DNA of 64,000 nucleotides. It comes from Macrostomum lignano. Lineage: Eukaryota. Positions within the stretch are counted from its first letter, which is position 1. Each line of letters starts with the position of its first letter. Shown one piece after another: positions 1 to 13,570 of the stretch. The position numbers and the translations under genes are program-made. The notes under the pieces are model-generated. The model was not told where the DNA came from. It saw only the letters and a list, made by a program, of their open reading frames with translations, and did no database searches. Location of the stretch: NCBI GenBank assembly GCA_002269645.1, contig NIVC01000019.1, positions 1,116,001 to 1,180,000 of the forward strand, written 5' to 3'.

Positions 1-2218
1 ACCACACTATCGATATACTGGCACCATGATCCCGCCGCTGTCACCACACTATCAATATACTGGCACCGTGATCCCACCGCTGTCACCACACTATCGATAC
101 ACTGGCACCATGATCTCACCGCTGTCACCACACTATCGATACACTGGCACCATGATCCCACCGCTGTCACCACACTATCGATATACTGGCACCATGATCC
201 CACCGCTGTCACCACACTATCGAAACACTGGCACCGTGATCCCACCGCTGTCACCACACTATCGAAACACTGGCACCGTGATCTCACCGCTGTCACCACA
301 CTATCGATACACTGGCACCATGATCCCACCGCTGTCACCACACTATCGATACACTGGCACCGTGATCCCACCGCTGTCACCACACTATCGAAACACTGGC
401 ACCGTGATCTCACCGCTGTCACCACACTATCGATACACTGGCACCATGATCCCACCGCTGTCACCACACTATCGATACACTGGCACCGTGATCTCACCGC
501 TGTCACCACACTATCGATACACTGGCACCGCGATCCCACCGCTGTCACCACACTATCGAAACACTGGCACCGTGATCTCACCGCTGTCACCACACTATCG
601 ATACACTGGCACCATGATCCCACCGCTGTCACCACACTATCGATACACTGGCACCGTGATCTCACCGCTGTCACCACACTATCGAAACACTGGCACCGTG
701 ATCTCACCGCTGTCACCACACTATCGAAACACTGGCACCGTGATCTCACCGCTGTCACCACACTATCGATACACTGGCACCATGATCCCACCGCTGTCAC
801 CACACTATCGATACACTGGCACCGTGATCTCACCGCTGTCACCACACTATCGAAACACTGGCACCGTGATCTCACCGCTGTCACCACACTATCGATACAC
901 TGGCACCATGATCCCACCGCTGTCACCACACTATCGATACACTGGCACCGTGATCTCACCGCTGTCACCACACTATCGAAACACTGGCACCGTGATCTCA
1001 CCGCTGTCACCACACTATCGATACACTGGCACCATGATCCCACCGCTGTCACCACACTATCGATACACTGGCACCATGATCCCACCGCTGTCACCACACT
1101 ATCGATACACTGGCACCATGATCCCACCGCTGTCACCACACTATCGATACACTGGCACCATGATCCCACCGCTGTCACCACACTATCGATACACTGGCAC
1201 CATGATCCCACCGCTGTCACCACACTATCGATACACTGGCACCGTGATCCCACCGCTGTCACCACCCTATCGATATACTGGCACCGTGATCTCACCGCTG
1301 TCACCACCCTATCGATATACTGGCACCGTGATCCCACCGCTGTCACCACACTATCGATACACTGGCACCATGATCCCACCGCTGTCACCACACTATCGAT
1401 ACACTGGCACCATGATCCCACCGCTGTCACCACACTATCGATATACTGGCACCATGATCCCACCGCTGTCACCACACTATCGAAACACTGGCACCGTGAT
1501 CCCACCGCTGTCACCACACTATCGAAACACTGGCACCGTGATCTCACCGCTGTCACCACACTATCGATACACTGGCACCATGATCCCACCGCTGTCACCA
1601 CACTATCGATACACTGGCACCGTGATCCCACCGCTGTCACCACACTATCGAAACACTGGCACCGTGATCTCACCGCTGTCACCACACTATCGATACACTG
1701 GCACCATGATCCCACCGCTGTCACCACACTATCGATACACTGGCACCGTGATCTCACCGCTGTCACCACACTATCGATACACTGGCACCGTGATCCCACC
1801 GCTGTCACCACACTATCGAAACACTGGCACCGTGATCTCACCGCTGTCACCACACTATCGATACACTGGCACCATGATCCCACCGCTGTCACCACACTAT
1901 CGATACACTGGCACCGTGATCTCACCGCTGTCACCACACTATCGAAACACTGGCACCGTGATCTCACCGCTGTCACCACACTATCGATACACTGGCACCA
2001 TGATCCCACCGCTGTCACCACACTATCGATACACTGGCACCGTGATCTCACCGCTGTCACCACACTATCGAAACACTGGCACCGTGATCTCACCGCTGTC
2101 ACCACACTATCGATACACTGGCACCATGATCCCACCGCTGTCACCACACTATCGATACACTGGCACCGTGATCTCACCGCTGTCACCACACTATCGATAC
2201 ACTGGCACCATGATCCCG
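1..2218. repeat. 42-bp minisatellite array (about 53 units, truncated by window edge)
   Basis: Unit ACCACACTATCGATACACTGGCACCATGATCCCACCGCTGTC with three common variant positions; produces the 14-aa periodic ORF 26..2269. Confidence 0.97.
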
Positions 2219-4539
2219 CCACCTACCACAGTAACTTATCTTATAGCGGACATAAAAAACGTAGTTTGATTGAGTGTAGCAATCAAAAATTTTCCAGATA
2301 TTTTTGTTTACATTTGCGATATATTTTTCCTTAAATGCACATCTTTCTACTGTTCAGTAGTGTATCATGAAAGTTTGCTTTCTCTTTACCCTCTCGAGTC
2401 TTTAGGACAAACTGTACTGAATTTATTGGTAAATGAAGAACAATGTTCTGTTGTTCTGAGCTGGTAGTTTCGATATAAAAGCACGCAATAAGAAACAAAT
2501 CGTAAGTCTGCTTATTTTTGAGGTCTTATTTTTAAAAAAATCAGCCAGCTGAGCGCAGATAACAGCTCAGCGACTGAGAAATATCAAATTATTCGCCTTT
2601 GCCTTTCCTCGCAAAGCTTTTATTTGATTCTTGCCTGCTTGCCCGAGACGGCGCATCTGGCTCTCATTGTGCGACTTGCGCCCCTCTGCAACTCGCCCTT
2701 GGGATCCGGTTTCCGCTGCTGCCATTCTCCACCTCTTTCCCCCGTTATCCCACGCAGAATCCCTAGGAGCCCCCCCCCGCGTGTACGCTCGTTGAGACTT
2801 CTCAGATCCCAGGGCTCAGCTTGTTAATGCGAGGCGTAAAGAGGGAAAGCGATGGGAAGAAAGCTGGCTAGACACTTTCCCAGCGCTACCCTCTCCGATA
2901 TACTGCAGAGCTGAGAAAGAGTGGGATTGACTTTGCGGGATGCTATCCCTCTTTTATCCTGTCGGCTGCTGTCCCTCTGCCGTTTCCCTTCACATCTGCT
3001 TGGCACTTTCCTAATTCTTTGTGTGTCATCACCTAAAATTACTTTGCCTGTTTGTCCGCTTTTAAGAAGTTCCAGCTAAGAACTTTAAATTTATCGGCAA
3101 GGGGATTAATCTTATTTGGTTGGGGGGCCTGGCACACTCGCTCTAGATTATCCTGCCTGCAATACAATATTATAAAAGTGCAGAGATGCCCTGCTGTGTG
3201 TGTGTTTTCGTTGATGACGCTCCAATGAAGGGATGCATTCCCATTACGCTTGACTGCCTCTGCGCCTTCGCCCTGCTTCCACCTCTCCCTCTCCCTTTCT
3301 CTCTCTCTCTTTGGCAAAAGAAGACTGAAGCAGTATAGCTGCCCTTGCAGGCCTCGCGTTTTCACTGAGCCCAAAGTAGCCGGTCGAGCGATTAATTTGA
3401 GCTTCGTATCCACAGCGCGGACAAACGCATCGATTGGTTTAGAAGCAAGACATTAAATCTGCATTGCGTTCAAAGTTCTAAAAAGGTTAAAATAAAGGTT
3501 AGCAGAGGTTGGCAGTGTTGCAGAATTTTTTATCGAAATTTACTTTTCCTAGAATTTCAATAAATTATAAAATCATTTTTTTCTATGACCAATGTAACAA
3601 TATCGAATGCTCTTCTTCGAAACTGGATATCCCGTTCTGTTTGAGCCCACTGGCCAGGTGACCGGATGAGGGACTAGCTGACAAAGATTCATTGCCTTGA
3701 TTAGCCCCGTGCCATGGCGCCCTGGGAGAGGTGAAGAACGGTACGAGAATTTCCTGGAAAGCCGCGCACTTCCTTTGTAAGCCCTTTGTGAAGCTCTACA
3801 GCGAGCCCAGCCATCGTTGAGTTTTTATCTTGACATTGAGAACGGATGAGCCGTAGCTTAAATTTTGCATCCGTTGAGTGCACAGCACGGGCACAATGTC
3901 CTGAGAAGCAAGGGCTTATCTGGCCTTGGATTTGCAGATCAAACAGTCTCCTTGCAGGTAAGCAAGTCAAAGGGCTCACTTGCAATGGAAATACTCGACA
4001 GACACTCGGACAGACACTCAGAATTCTCCAACTGTCCTATAGGGGAAAAATGGAAATTTCCTTTCCTAAGAAAAATCGAGCGGTCACGCCATCGCTTCTC
4101 TTTTTCTCAAGGTCTTCTGGCCCAGCTTTCCTGTGTGTTTCAGAAGGGGGTTGAGGTGACCGAGCCTCTCTCTATACTGTGGGGGATCTTGCGAGGTCAA
4201 TTATAATTTTACTTACCTGGCACATCTGGTCAGACTGCAGTGCGTGCTACCTGAGACTCTCTCTCTCTCTCGTCTCTTTTACAAGATCGCGATAATGATG
4301 GCTCGAATGAAGACCATTAGGGGCATCGTGTCCAGTGTTAACTTTTTTTGCTCGCTGCTTCCTTGTATCTTGAATTTATTATTCGCTCTTAATGCTTTAT
4401 AGCTCACGTTGGGACTCGATAGGATAGAGACCATGCCATCGAACTCGCACTACCTTGTGCTCAGACGATTTAATGTGACTTCCATGCAGGTGACTCCGAA
4501 CAAATCCGAGACTGTGCATCTCAGTATCTCTATCAAAGT

Positions 4540-5000
4540 GTCATTTCACCTCAGTGTCTTCCATCTCATCTCATCTCAATGTCTCCCATCTCAGTGTCTT
4601 CCATCTCATCTCGTCTCAATGTCTCCCATCTCAGTGTCTCTCATCTCAGTGTCTCTCATCTCAGTGTCTCTCATCTCAGTGTCTCTCATCTCAGTGTCTC
4701 TCATCTCAGTGTCTCTCATCTCAGTGTCTCAGTGTCTCTCATCTCAATGTCTCAGTGTCTCTTATCTCAGTGTCTTCCATCTCATCTCGTCTCAATGTCT
4801 CCCATCTCAGTGTCTCCCATCTCAGTGTCTCCCATCTCAGTGTCTCTCATCTCAGTGTCTCTCTTCTCAATGTCTCCCATCTCAATGTCTCCCATCTCAG
4901 TGTCTCCCATCTCAGTGTCTCTCATCTCAGTGTCTCTCATCTCAGTGTCTCTCATCTCAGTGTCTCCCATCATCTCAGTGTCTCCCATCTCAATGTCTCG
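4540..5000. repeat. About 15-bp pyrimidine-rich minisatellite
   Basis: Repeated ATCTCAGTGTCTCTC / ATCTCAGTGTCTCCC. Confidence 0.93.
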
Positions 5001-5581
5001 CATGTCTGCTTACTCGTCTCTCGTTATCCTTTATCTCTTATGTACCCCTTTTCTAAGCCTTTTATGTCGGCAGTTTCAAGTCTATCTTAAAGAAAAACGG
5101 TTTGAGTTCTTTTCCCTGCCCCACTTCAACTCCATCCATCTGCCTCTCTTCTTTTCTTTTACTTTGATTTAGTCGATTAAAAATCATCATCTTTTATATG
5201 GGCGGTTATGTTCTTCATTCTCTGGCCAATTTAATCTGCGATAGTGGCCCGTTAAATTCTATAATAAAATTCTCCCGCTAAATGCTTTTATTTCTAGTTG
5301 GTCAATTTCCAACCAGAAATTGGTCGCCTGGCATGAATAAAATAAAACATAAAATAGAACTTTAACAAAATCTAAGCTTAAATTTCTGAAATTATTTGCA
5401 CGTGACTTTTCCCTTCTTCCGGAGCTTGGCCCTGGAATTAAAGTGTTGATTTAGAGCTGCCTTTTCCCACATTAATCTCTGTATGTATCTATCTTAATCT
5501 ATCTTTAATCCTGGGTCTAAGAGATTTTTTCCACCCCAATTCCTGCACCTCAGGGTCATAAATAACGCTCGTACTCCAGGT

Positions 5582-6722
5582 CACATCCTGTACTCAACCA
5601 AACATCCTGTGCTTGATCTTTTACCCTGGACTTAGCCACACATCCTGTACTCAATCTGACAGGATCTGTACTCAATCTCACATCCTGTACTCAATCTCAC
5701 AGGATCTGTACTCAATCTCACAGGATCTATACTCAATCTCACAGGATCTGTACTCAATCTCACAGGATCTGTACTCAATCTCACAGGATCTGTACTCAAT
5801 CTCACAGGATCTGTACTCAATCTCACAGGATCTGTACTCAATCTCACATCCTGTACTCAATCTCACAGGATCTGTACTCAATCTCACAGGATCTGTACTC
5901 AATCTCACAGGATCTGTACTCAATCTCACAGGATCTGTACTAAATCTCACAGGATCTATACTCAATCTCACAGGATCTATACTCAATCTCACAGGATCTG
6001 TACTCAATCTCACAGGATCTGTACTCAATCTCACAGGATCTATACTCAATCTCACAGGATCTGTACTCAATCTCACAGGATCTATACTCAATCTCACAGG
6101 ATCTGTACTCAATCTCACAGGATCTGTACTCAATCTCACAGGATCTGTACTCAATCTCACAGGATCTGTACTCAATCTCACATAATCTGTACTCAATCTC
6201 ACAGGATCTGTACTCAATCTCACAGGATCTGTACTCAATCTCACAGGATCTATACTCAATCTCACAGGATCTGTACTCAATCTCACAGGATCTGTACTCA
6301 ATCTCACAGGATCTATACTCAATCTCACAGGATCTATACTCAATCTCACAGGATCTGTACTCAATCTCACAGGATCTGTACTCAATCTCACAGGATCTAT
6401 ACTCAATCTCACAGGATCTGTACTCAATCTCACAGGATCTATACTCAATCTCACAGGATCTGTACTCAATCTCACAGGATCTGTACTCAATCTCACAGGA
6501 TCTATACTCAATCTCACAGGATCTGTACTCAATCTCACAGGATCTATACTCAATCTCACAGGATCTGTACTCAATCTCACAGGATCTGTACTCAATCTCA
6601 CAGGATCTGTACTCAATCTCACAGGATCTGTACTCAATCTCACATCCTGTACTCAATCTCACATCCTGTACTCAATCTCACATCCTGTACTCAATCTCAC
6701 ATCCTGTACTCAATCTCACACC
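5582..6722. repeat. 21-bp minisatellite
   Basis: Unit CTGTACTCAATCTCACAGGAT, very homogeneous. Confidence 0.96.
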
Positions 6723-7209
6723 ATATGATCAAAGCAAGCTACATTCGACTATGTCGTTCACCGCACCCGTTAAATTGCCCCCTCTCTTCAAGATTAACTG
6801 AAGCCTTCTTATTAAACGAAAGCATTTGCCGCTTCCCGCTCCAGAGCAGAAGCCCCATGGCTCCACTAGCAGACAGAAGCCACAACAGTGCGGCATCCCA
6901 GCTCAGTGATCGGTCAAAACTTGAGGCAACCCCAACGAGCAGAGGGCGGACGTGTTGCTTTCTAACGAGTTCAGTGTCCAAGAGCCCGTGGAATCTGTCT
7001 TTGAAATCCTTCGGGCTATTTAATTAGACCAGACGTGGCTCGAGTCAGGCAATCAGATTTCCTTCCGCCTGCTTTCTGTTTCCTTTTTTCCTTGTTTGTC
7101 GGCATGTCAAAGTAAAGACACGGCTAATTAGTCAGGTAGTGCAGCCAGGTTGATGCGCTGCCTTGGCTTCTCCGTTTCTCTCCTCTCCTTCGCTCTCCCT
7201 TCTGTTCTT

Positions 7210-7632
7210 CCCTCTTTTCCACTGCTGTCTCCTCTCCTCCCCTCTCCTCTCCTCTCCTCCCCTCTCCTCCCCTCTCCTCCCCTCTCCTCCCCTCTCCTCC
7301 CCTCTCCTCTCCTCTCCTCTCCTCTCCTCTCCTCTCCTCTCCTCTCCTCTCCTCCCCTCTCCTCTCCTCTCCTCCCCTCTCTTCCCCTCTCCTCCCCTCT
7401 CCTCTCCTCTCCTCCCCTCTCCTCTCCTCTCCTCCCTCTCCTCTCCTCCCCTCTCTTCCCCTCTCCTCCCCTCTCCTCCCCTCTCCTCCCCTCTCCTCCC
7501 CTCTCCTCCCCTCTCCTCCCCTCTCCTCCCCTCCCCTCTCCTCTCCTCCCCTCTCCTCTCCTCCCCTCTCCTCTCCTCTCCTCCCCTTTCCTCTCCTCCC
7601 CTCTCCTCCCCTCTCCTCTCCTCATCTCTCTT
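7210..7632. repeat. (CCTCT/CTCCC)n low-complexity tract
   Basis: Pure C/T pentamer-based repeats. Confidence 0.95.
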
Positions 7633-8564
7633 CTCTCCTCCTGTTTCATAATCTCTCCCAACTGTTCAAGTCACAAAGGCGAGGTACTGAGGCTCGCAAT
7701 AAGAGCGCCTTCGCAGTAAAACTGTTTCCGTCACGAACTCCCGATAACGTCAAACCCTGACAACTTGGAAATCTGCTAAGCCAGCAATAAATAAATCCGG
7801 TTTAATTTGAAACCCTTCAATTCTTGGCCGCACCTTTCGCCGAACGGAATTATTCCAACTTCCATCTTTAATCTCAAATGGGCAACTTCAGAAATTCATG
7901 AGCTGCTGTTCCAGTCCCGATTTTGAGGCCTACAGGGATGGCACCTACTAAGCCATACTTGACCCTCTTCCTGTCTGCCTTCTATTCTCCCCTCTCCTTG
8001 TCTCCTATTCCAGCCGTCAGGGCTCGATCTTCCTCTCGAATGAGCCGCATCAATCACGCGAATTCCCTCCTCTCCGCTCCTCTCCTCGCTTCTTAGTTCT
8101 CCCCTTTAGCCCCTGTTGTCCCAGCAGCAGCTCAACTGTGCCCCCCCCCCCGGTCCCGACGCTTGAGCCCCTGATCGCTCGCCAATTGCTGCTGGCCAGA
8201 AGAAGAATGAACGGCGAAAAGCCTATTTTTTTTAGAAATCGTCTCCAAAGCTGCCCCGAGGCTGAAATTAACCCCCTTCCTATAGGGGAATAGCCGAGTG
8301 CTCACTCTGCCCTCTGTGCGATCAGATTTTTTCCTACAGAAGTTTGTTGTTTGTTTTAAAGTGCGCCATAGAGAGAAGTGGTTAATGTTTTACTGAACTA
8401 ATTTATTGAGCGAAAATAACTTTCGATACATATCGGCAAAGTAAAGTATCAACGAAAGTTCAAATTTTCAATTTTAGTGTCTTCACATAAAAATGATTTG
8501 CATATTTTACTCAGTTTTTCTAGACCACGTAGAGTTATTTGAGTGTGCATCAATTTATTAAGGC

Positions 8565-8630
8565 GAGGCACTGGAGATCGAACCTGGGACCTTTGGCACA
8601 CGAGTTCGACGCCTAATAAAGCCATCCATT
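8565..8630 (-). mobile_element. Possible degenerate tRNA-derived SINE head
   Basis: Minus strand has a B-box GGTTCGATCTC (plus 8574..8584), the same as in the SINE at 27 kb; A-box is degenerate and no CORE domain was recognised. Confidence 0.3.
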
Positions 8631-9959
8631 GCCTGCTGTCTCGCGCATGGCTAGATATGCAATATATCCAACCAGTTCTAACAGGTCGCTAAGGAAATGA
8701 ACTCGGGGCCTCATCAACTGTCATAAATCATTTCTTGCAGTCTCAGAGGAAACTCAGCGATTGGCAACTTCCGCCTCTCTGGGATTTCGTCCCGTTTTTC
8801 CCCAAAAGACTCTCTTTTTCACAGAGCGGCCGAATGCAGTGTAAGCGACTGGAACTGCTTGCCATGAAGCAAATTCTCACTATGAATTACGATACCATGT
8901 AATATCTCTGTGTGCCTAAGCTGATTCCCAATACGCATTATATCTGCTAATTGTATCTGTTTACCATTTAAACCATATACTGTGTCTTTGGACTTTGAGC
9001 GCGCTAATCCTTCTTAAGTCATCTTCATGTATGCTGTAGCATTTCTGTTTATGCATACCAACTGGGGTACTCAGCTATACCATTTCCCAGCTTTATATTG
9101 CTCCCTGGCGCCTTTTCTCCCCCCCCCCCTACCGTCTCTTTATCCGGTCCCTGTTTTTCTTTCCAGCAGTTTATTCCCTGCTCTGGGCTGTCTCCATATC
9201 CTCTTCCTGTTATTGCAGCATTTACACTGCTATAAGATTTCTCATTCATGTTTTTACCAGTCAATTCTACCAGCTGCTCAACAGCTTTTTTACTTCAGGG
9301 TCTTTTGGACAGTCTGAAAATGATAACTTCTTTTGTAACAATAATATATTCACGAACTTTTCTAGCATAAAATCTTCCTTCTCCTCTCCACTCCTCTGCT
9401 CTACTTGGAGTCGCATTTTCAGCAGCTCAAGCCTCAATGCTTAGTACTTGAGCTTGTGTAATCAGCTTTATCTTTCCGAGGCATTTTGCAGGCTTTAGAG
9501 TCGCATAGAGAGATCTGTGATGAAGGAGCAGTGGAGATGAAACAGAGACGCTGAGCAAACAAATCGTAAATAACGTTTCAATAACACCTCTCCAGTACGC
9601 TAGGCCCTTTTGTTGGGCATTGGCCAGAGTACAGAGTGAACTCGGGCAGACTGGTTCACCATGTTCTGTGTCTACCAGAGGGTCTGGTTCTCACAAACAA
9701 CCCAAAACAGTTCTCATCATGCTTGCTGGATAAACCGCATCCCATAACTCCCACAGTGTTTATTCGTATTTAATTACTTCATAAAGTTATTCACAAATTA
9801 AGCATACGGCGGCAACATAGCGAGACTGAGAAACAAAAAATAGATGCATGCAAGATTTTGTTTTAATCTATTAGGCGTAGTAGCTGATTTGAAGGAGAAA
9901 TAGAAAAATATTGTGGATTTAGTAGAAATTTAGTAGTAATTTAGTAGAAAATATTTATT

Positions 9960-11812
9960 TGACCCGAATCGAGAAACGTAGAATTAGAGAGAGACAGTCA
10001 GAAGAGATAAAGACACTCTAGAAAAGAGTCCTTTGACCCGAATCGAGAGACGTAGAATTAGAGAGAGAGACAGTCAGAAGAGATAAAGACACTCTAGAAA
10101 AGAGTCCTTTGACCCGAATCGAGAGACGTAGAATTAGAGAGAGACAGTCAGAAGAGATAAAGACACTCTAGAAAAGAGTCCTTTGACCCGAATCGATAGA
10201 CGATTAGAGAGAGAGACAGTCAGAAGAGATAAAGACACTCTAGAAAAGAGTCCTTTGACCCGAATCGATAGACGTAGAATTAGAGAGAGACTGTCAAAAG
10301 AGATAAAGACACTCTAGAAAAGAGTCCTTTGACCCGAATCGAGAGACGTAGAATTAGAGAGAGACAGTCAGAAGAGATAAAGACACTCTAGAAAAGAGTC
10401 CTTTGACCCGAATCGATAGACGATTAGAGAGAGAGACAGTCAGAAGAGATAAAGACACTCTAGAAAAGAGTCCTTTGACCCGAATCGAGAGACGTAGAAT
10501 TAGAGAGAGACAGTCAGAAGAGATAAAGACACTCTAGAAAAGAGTCCTTTGACCCGAATCGATAGACTTAGAATTAGAGAGAGACTGTCAAAAGAGATAA
10601 AGACACTCTAGAAAAGAGTCCTTTGACCCGAATCGAGAGACGTAGAATTAGAGAGAGACAGTCAGAAGAGATAAAGACACTCTAGAAAAGAGTCCTTTGA
10701 CCCGAATCGAGAGACGTAGAATTAGAGAGAGACAGTCAGAAGAGATAAAGACACTCTAGAAAAGAGTCCTTTGACCCGAATCGAGAGACGTAGAATTAGA
10801 GAGAGACAGTCAGAAGAGATAAAGACACTCTAGAAAAGAGTCCTTTTCACCGAATCGATAGACTTAGAATTAGAGAGAGAGACTGTCAGAAGAGATAAAG
10901 ACACTCTAGACAAGAGTCCTTTGACCCGAATCGATAGACTTAGAATTAGAGAGAGAGACTGTCAGAAGAGATAAAGACACTCTAGAAAAGAGTCCTTTGA
11001 CCCGAATCGATAGACTTAGAATTAGAGAGAGACTGTCAAAAGAGATAAAGACACTCTAGAAAAGAGTCCTTTGAACCGAATCGAGAGACGTAGAATTAGA
11101 GAGAGACAGTCAGAAGAGATAAAGACACTCTAGAAAAGAGTCCTTTGACCCGAATCGATAGACGATTAGAGAGAGAGACAGTCAGAAGAGATAAAGACAC
11201 TCTAGAAAAGAGTCCTTTGACCCGAATCGAGAGACGTAGAATTAGAGAGAGACAGTCAGAAGAGATAAAGACACTCTAGAAAAGAGTCCTTTGACCCGAA
11301 TCGAGAGACGATTAGAGAGAGAGACAGTCAGAAGAGATAAAGACACTCTAGAAAAGAGTCCTTTGACCCGAATCGAGAGACGTAGAATTAGAGAGAGACA
11401 GTCAGAAGAGATAAAGACACTCTAGAAAAGAGTCCTTTGACCCGAATCGATAGACGATTAGAGAGAGAGACAGTCAGAAGAGATAAAGACACTCTAGAAA
11501 AGAGTCCTTTGACCCGAATCGAGAGACGTAGAATTAGAGAGAGACAGTCAGAAGAGATAAAGACACTCTAGAAAAGAGTCCTTTTAACCGAATCGATAGA
11601 CTTAGAATTAGAGAGAGAGACTGTCAGAAGAGATAAAGACACTCTAGACAAGAGTCCTTTGACCCGAATCGATAGACTTAGAATTAGAGAGAGAGACTGT
11701 CAGAAGAGATAAAGACACTCTAGAAAAGAGTCCTTTGACCCGAATCGATAGACGTAGAATTAGAGAGAGACAGTCGGAAGAGATACTCTAGTAAAAACAC
11801 TCTAGAAAAGTC
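9960..11812. repeat. 74-bp satellite array (about 25 units)
   Basis: Unit TTTGACCCGAATCGAGAGACGTAGAATTAGAGAGAGACAGTCAGAAGAGATAAAGACACTCTAGAAAAGAGTCC; period measured 10477 to 10551. Confidence 0.96.
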
Positions 11813-12175
11813 ACGTGCAATTCTTGGTGCGTCAAAACTGGCTTCTAATGGTGTCATTGAATTGGTGCCCACAGCCTACACACATACACAGTTCAAGCAC
11901 AACAGCTCGCTAATCCACACAGTGTATACAGATGTTTATGCGCAAACGATGCAACGGTTTATGCCTAATGCTGCGAGGGTTCGGCTGCAAGAAGGGGAGA
12001 GATTGATAATTTTGAGTATTAGCACAACAAGCGTTAACGCAATTACACAACAATGCAATTAATGGCCGGTTGCCATTGTTTAGTTCAGATTTGGTTCCGC
12101 CCGGGTTTTAATATGTTCCACCTCTCGACCTCGGCACCAATAGTTGAAGTCTTTGTTGCTGTGCCAGCCGCCTGC

Positions 12176-13408
12176 TCAATGCTTGAGCGTGTGCCACTTA
12201 GACACCTGCTGTCGTGGCCTGTTCATCATTTCTGTCCAGTGCTTGGACTCCTCGGTACCGGACCTGGTGCCCAGCCGGATCTTGCCGATCGTGTCCGATC
12301 CGATGAAGTCTTTGTCCTTGACCACCAGCTCCAGCTGGTATTCGTGTATCTTATCTGGGCTGACCGTGAAGTTGAACGACTCGTCCCACTGCGGGTTCAA
12401 GTTCTTGTAGATGACGGTGCCTTTCTTCTTGTCGCACTCTTTATTAGTCTTGCTGTGAATCAGCTTCACTACGCAGTAGGGATCGGAGGTTCGGCCCAGA
12501 TCCATAGCCTTTAGGTCGCGAGCTCGAATCGTCACCAGGGTGAGCTGGCTGCTCTGCGGGTTGTAGCCGAGAGAGACCATCACGTCGCCTACGTAGCCTC
12601 GGGTTTTCTTATTCGGCTGCAGCTGGCGCCACAGGTTGTAGGAGCGCTTCTTCTTGCTCTCATCGTACAGGAACATCAGCGGGAACTGGACGTCTCCGAT
12701 AGAGTCGTCCCGGCTGAACCTGTCGTAGTCGTACACCTGGATGAACAGCGTCCGATCCAGCAGTCTCTCGCCTGGGAAGTCCTCGAATACGAACACTTCG
12801 TTCCACTTGGGATTGAGTTTGCGCATTTTGATTTTAGTTTTCACCTTGTTGCCCTTGTCAGGCAGGATGCTGATCTTGCAATACGGATCCGAAGTGCCCA
12901 TTGGAAAGTCCATAGCGGGCAGCTTCTGGGCCTGGCAGATTTTTATTGTCAAATGTCGGTCGTTCCAATCGTAGCTGACAACAAAGTTCAAACGACCGAG
13001 GTTCTGCTCGGGGCCCTCTTCGAACACTTCGCCGTTGGTCTCGTGCTCCGGCCGCTTGTCCGCTCCGCTGTTCATCCCGGAGGCCGTGGCGCCCATCGCC
13101 TCGGCGCTTTTGGCCATCAAGCTGAACAGGCTGGTCTCCTGTTGCTGCTGCTGCTGCTGCTGCTGCTGTCTTGGCGACTTGTGCTGTTGGTACTGCTGCT
13201 GGTAGTGCTGCTGCCTTTGCTGGTGGCTGTCCGGAAATCTCCTCGGCGACGCCCTGGCCGCACCGGCCCCGTTGCTGTAGCGCGATGCCGACGCTCCGGC
13301 GGAGGACGCCGAGACGCCCGGCTTGCTGTCACCCGTCAGCGTTGACACGAGAAAATCGGCGATGCCCTTGCCGCCCAGGCTGTTCGTGATGCTGCTAGGG
13401 AGGTTCAT
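12176..13408 (-). CDS. SYT7: Synaptotagmin-7-like tandem C2A-C2B protein, single exon, no transmembrane segment, N-terminal poly-Q
   Basis: 410-aa uninterrupted ORF; C2A LPAMD..TSDPY..VYDYDRFSRDD and C2B LKAMD..TSDPY..KDKDFIGSD keep the Ca2+-binding Asp residues; C-terminal WHTLK motif; closely resembles remembered Syt7 sequence (FEGFPYEK, RPRQPVAQWHQL); orthology not tested. Confidence 0.88.
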   Translation of the reverse strand: MNLPSSITNSLGGKGIADFLVSTLTGDSKPGVSASSAGASASRYSNGAGAARASPRRFPDSHQQRQQHYQQQYQQHKSPRQQQQQQQQQQETSLFSLMAKSAEAMGATASGMNSGADKRPEHETNGEVFEEGPEQNLGRLNFVVSYDWNDRHLTIKICQAQKLPAMDFPMGTSDPYCKISILPDKGNKVKTKIKMRKLNPKWNEVFVFEDFPGERLLDRTLFIQVYDYDRFSRDDSIGDVQFPLMFLYDESKKKRSYNLWRQLQPNKKTRGYVGDVMVSLGYNPQSSQLTLVTIRARDLKAMDLGRTSDPYCVVKLIHSKTNKECDKKKGTVIYKNLNPQWDESFNFTVSPDKIHEYQLELVVKDKDFIGSDTIGKIRLGTRSGTEESKHWTEMMNRPRQQVSKWHTLKH

Positions 13409-13565
13409 AGCGACTGCTTCTAGCTTGGGAAGGCGAGTGTCTTGATATTCTAGCTCTGGGACTCCCGAGTAGCGCTCGTGCTGCTCGGTTGACCCTCGCG
13501 CTAAGTTTTATTCGCGCAGCTCAAGCCGGTTGAGCAGCTGAGTAGCTGGGAGTTACTCTGCTCTC

Positions 13566-13570
13566 ATTGG
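13566..13570 (-). promoter_or_regulatory. Candidate CCAAT box upstream of the Syt7-like ORF
   Basis: ATTGG on plus strand about 160 bp upstream of the ATG; motif match only. Confidence 0.25.

Noticed and set aside
26-2269. 747-aa repetitive ORF as a real protein
   Set aside because: It is the stop-free frame of a 42-bp array; common variants are all non-synonymous in this frame; no signal peptide or unique domain.
9960-11812. CRISPR array (hairpin-containing repeats)
   Set aside because: Units are contiguous with no unique spacers, there are no cas genes and the context is eukaryotic.
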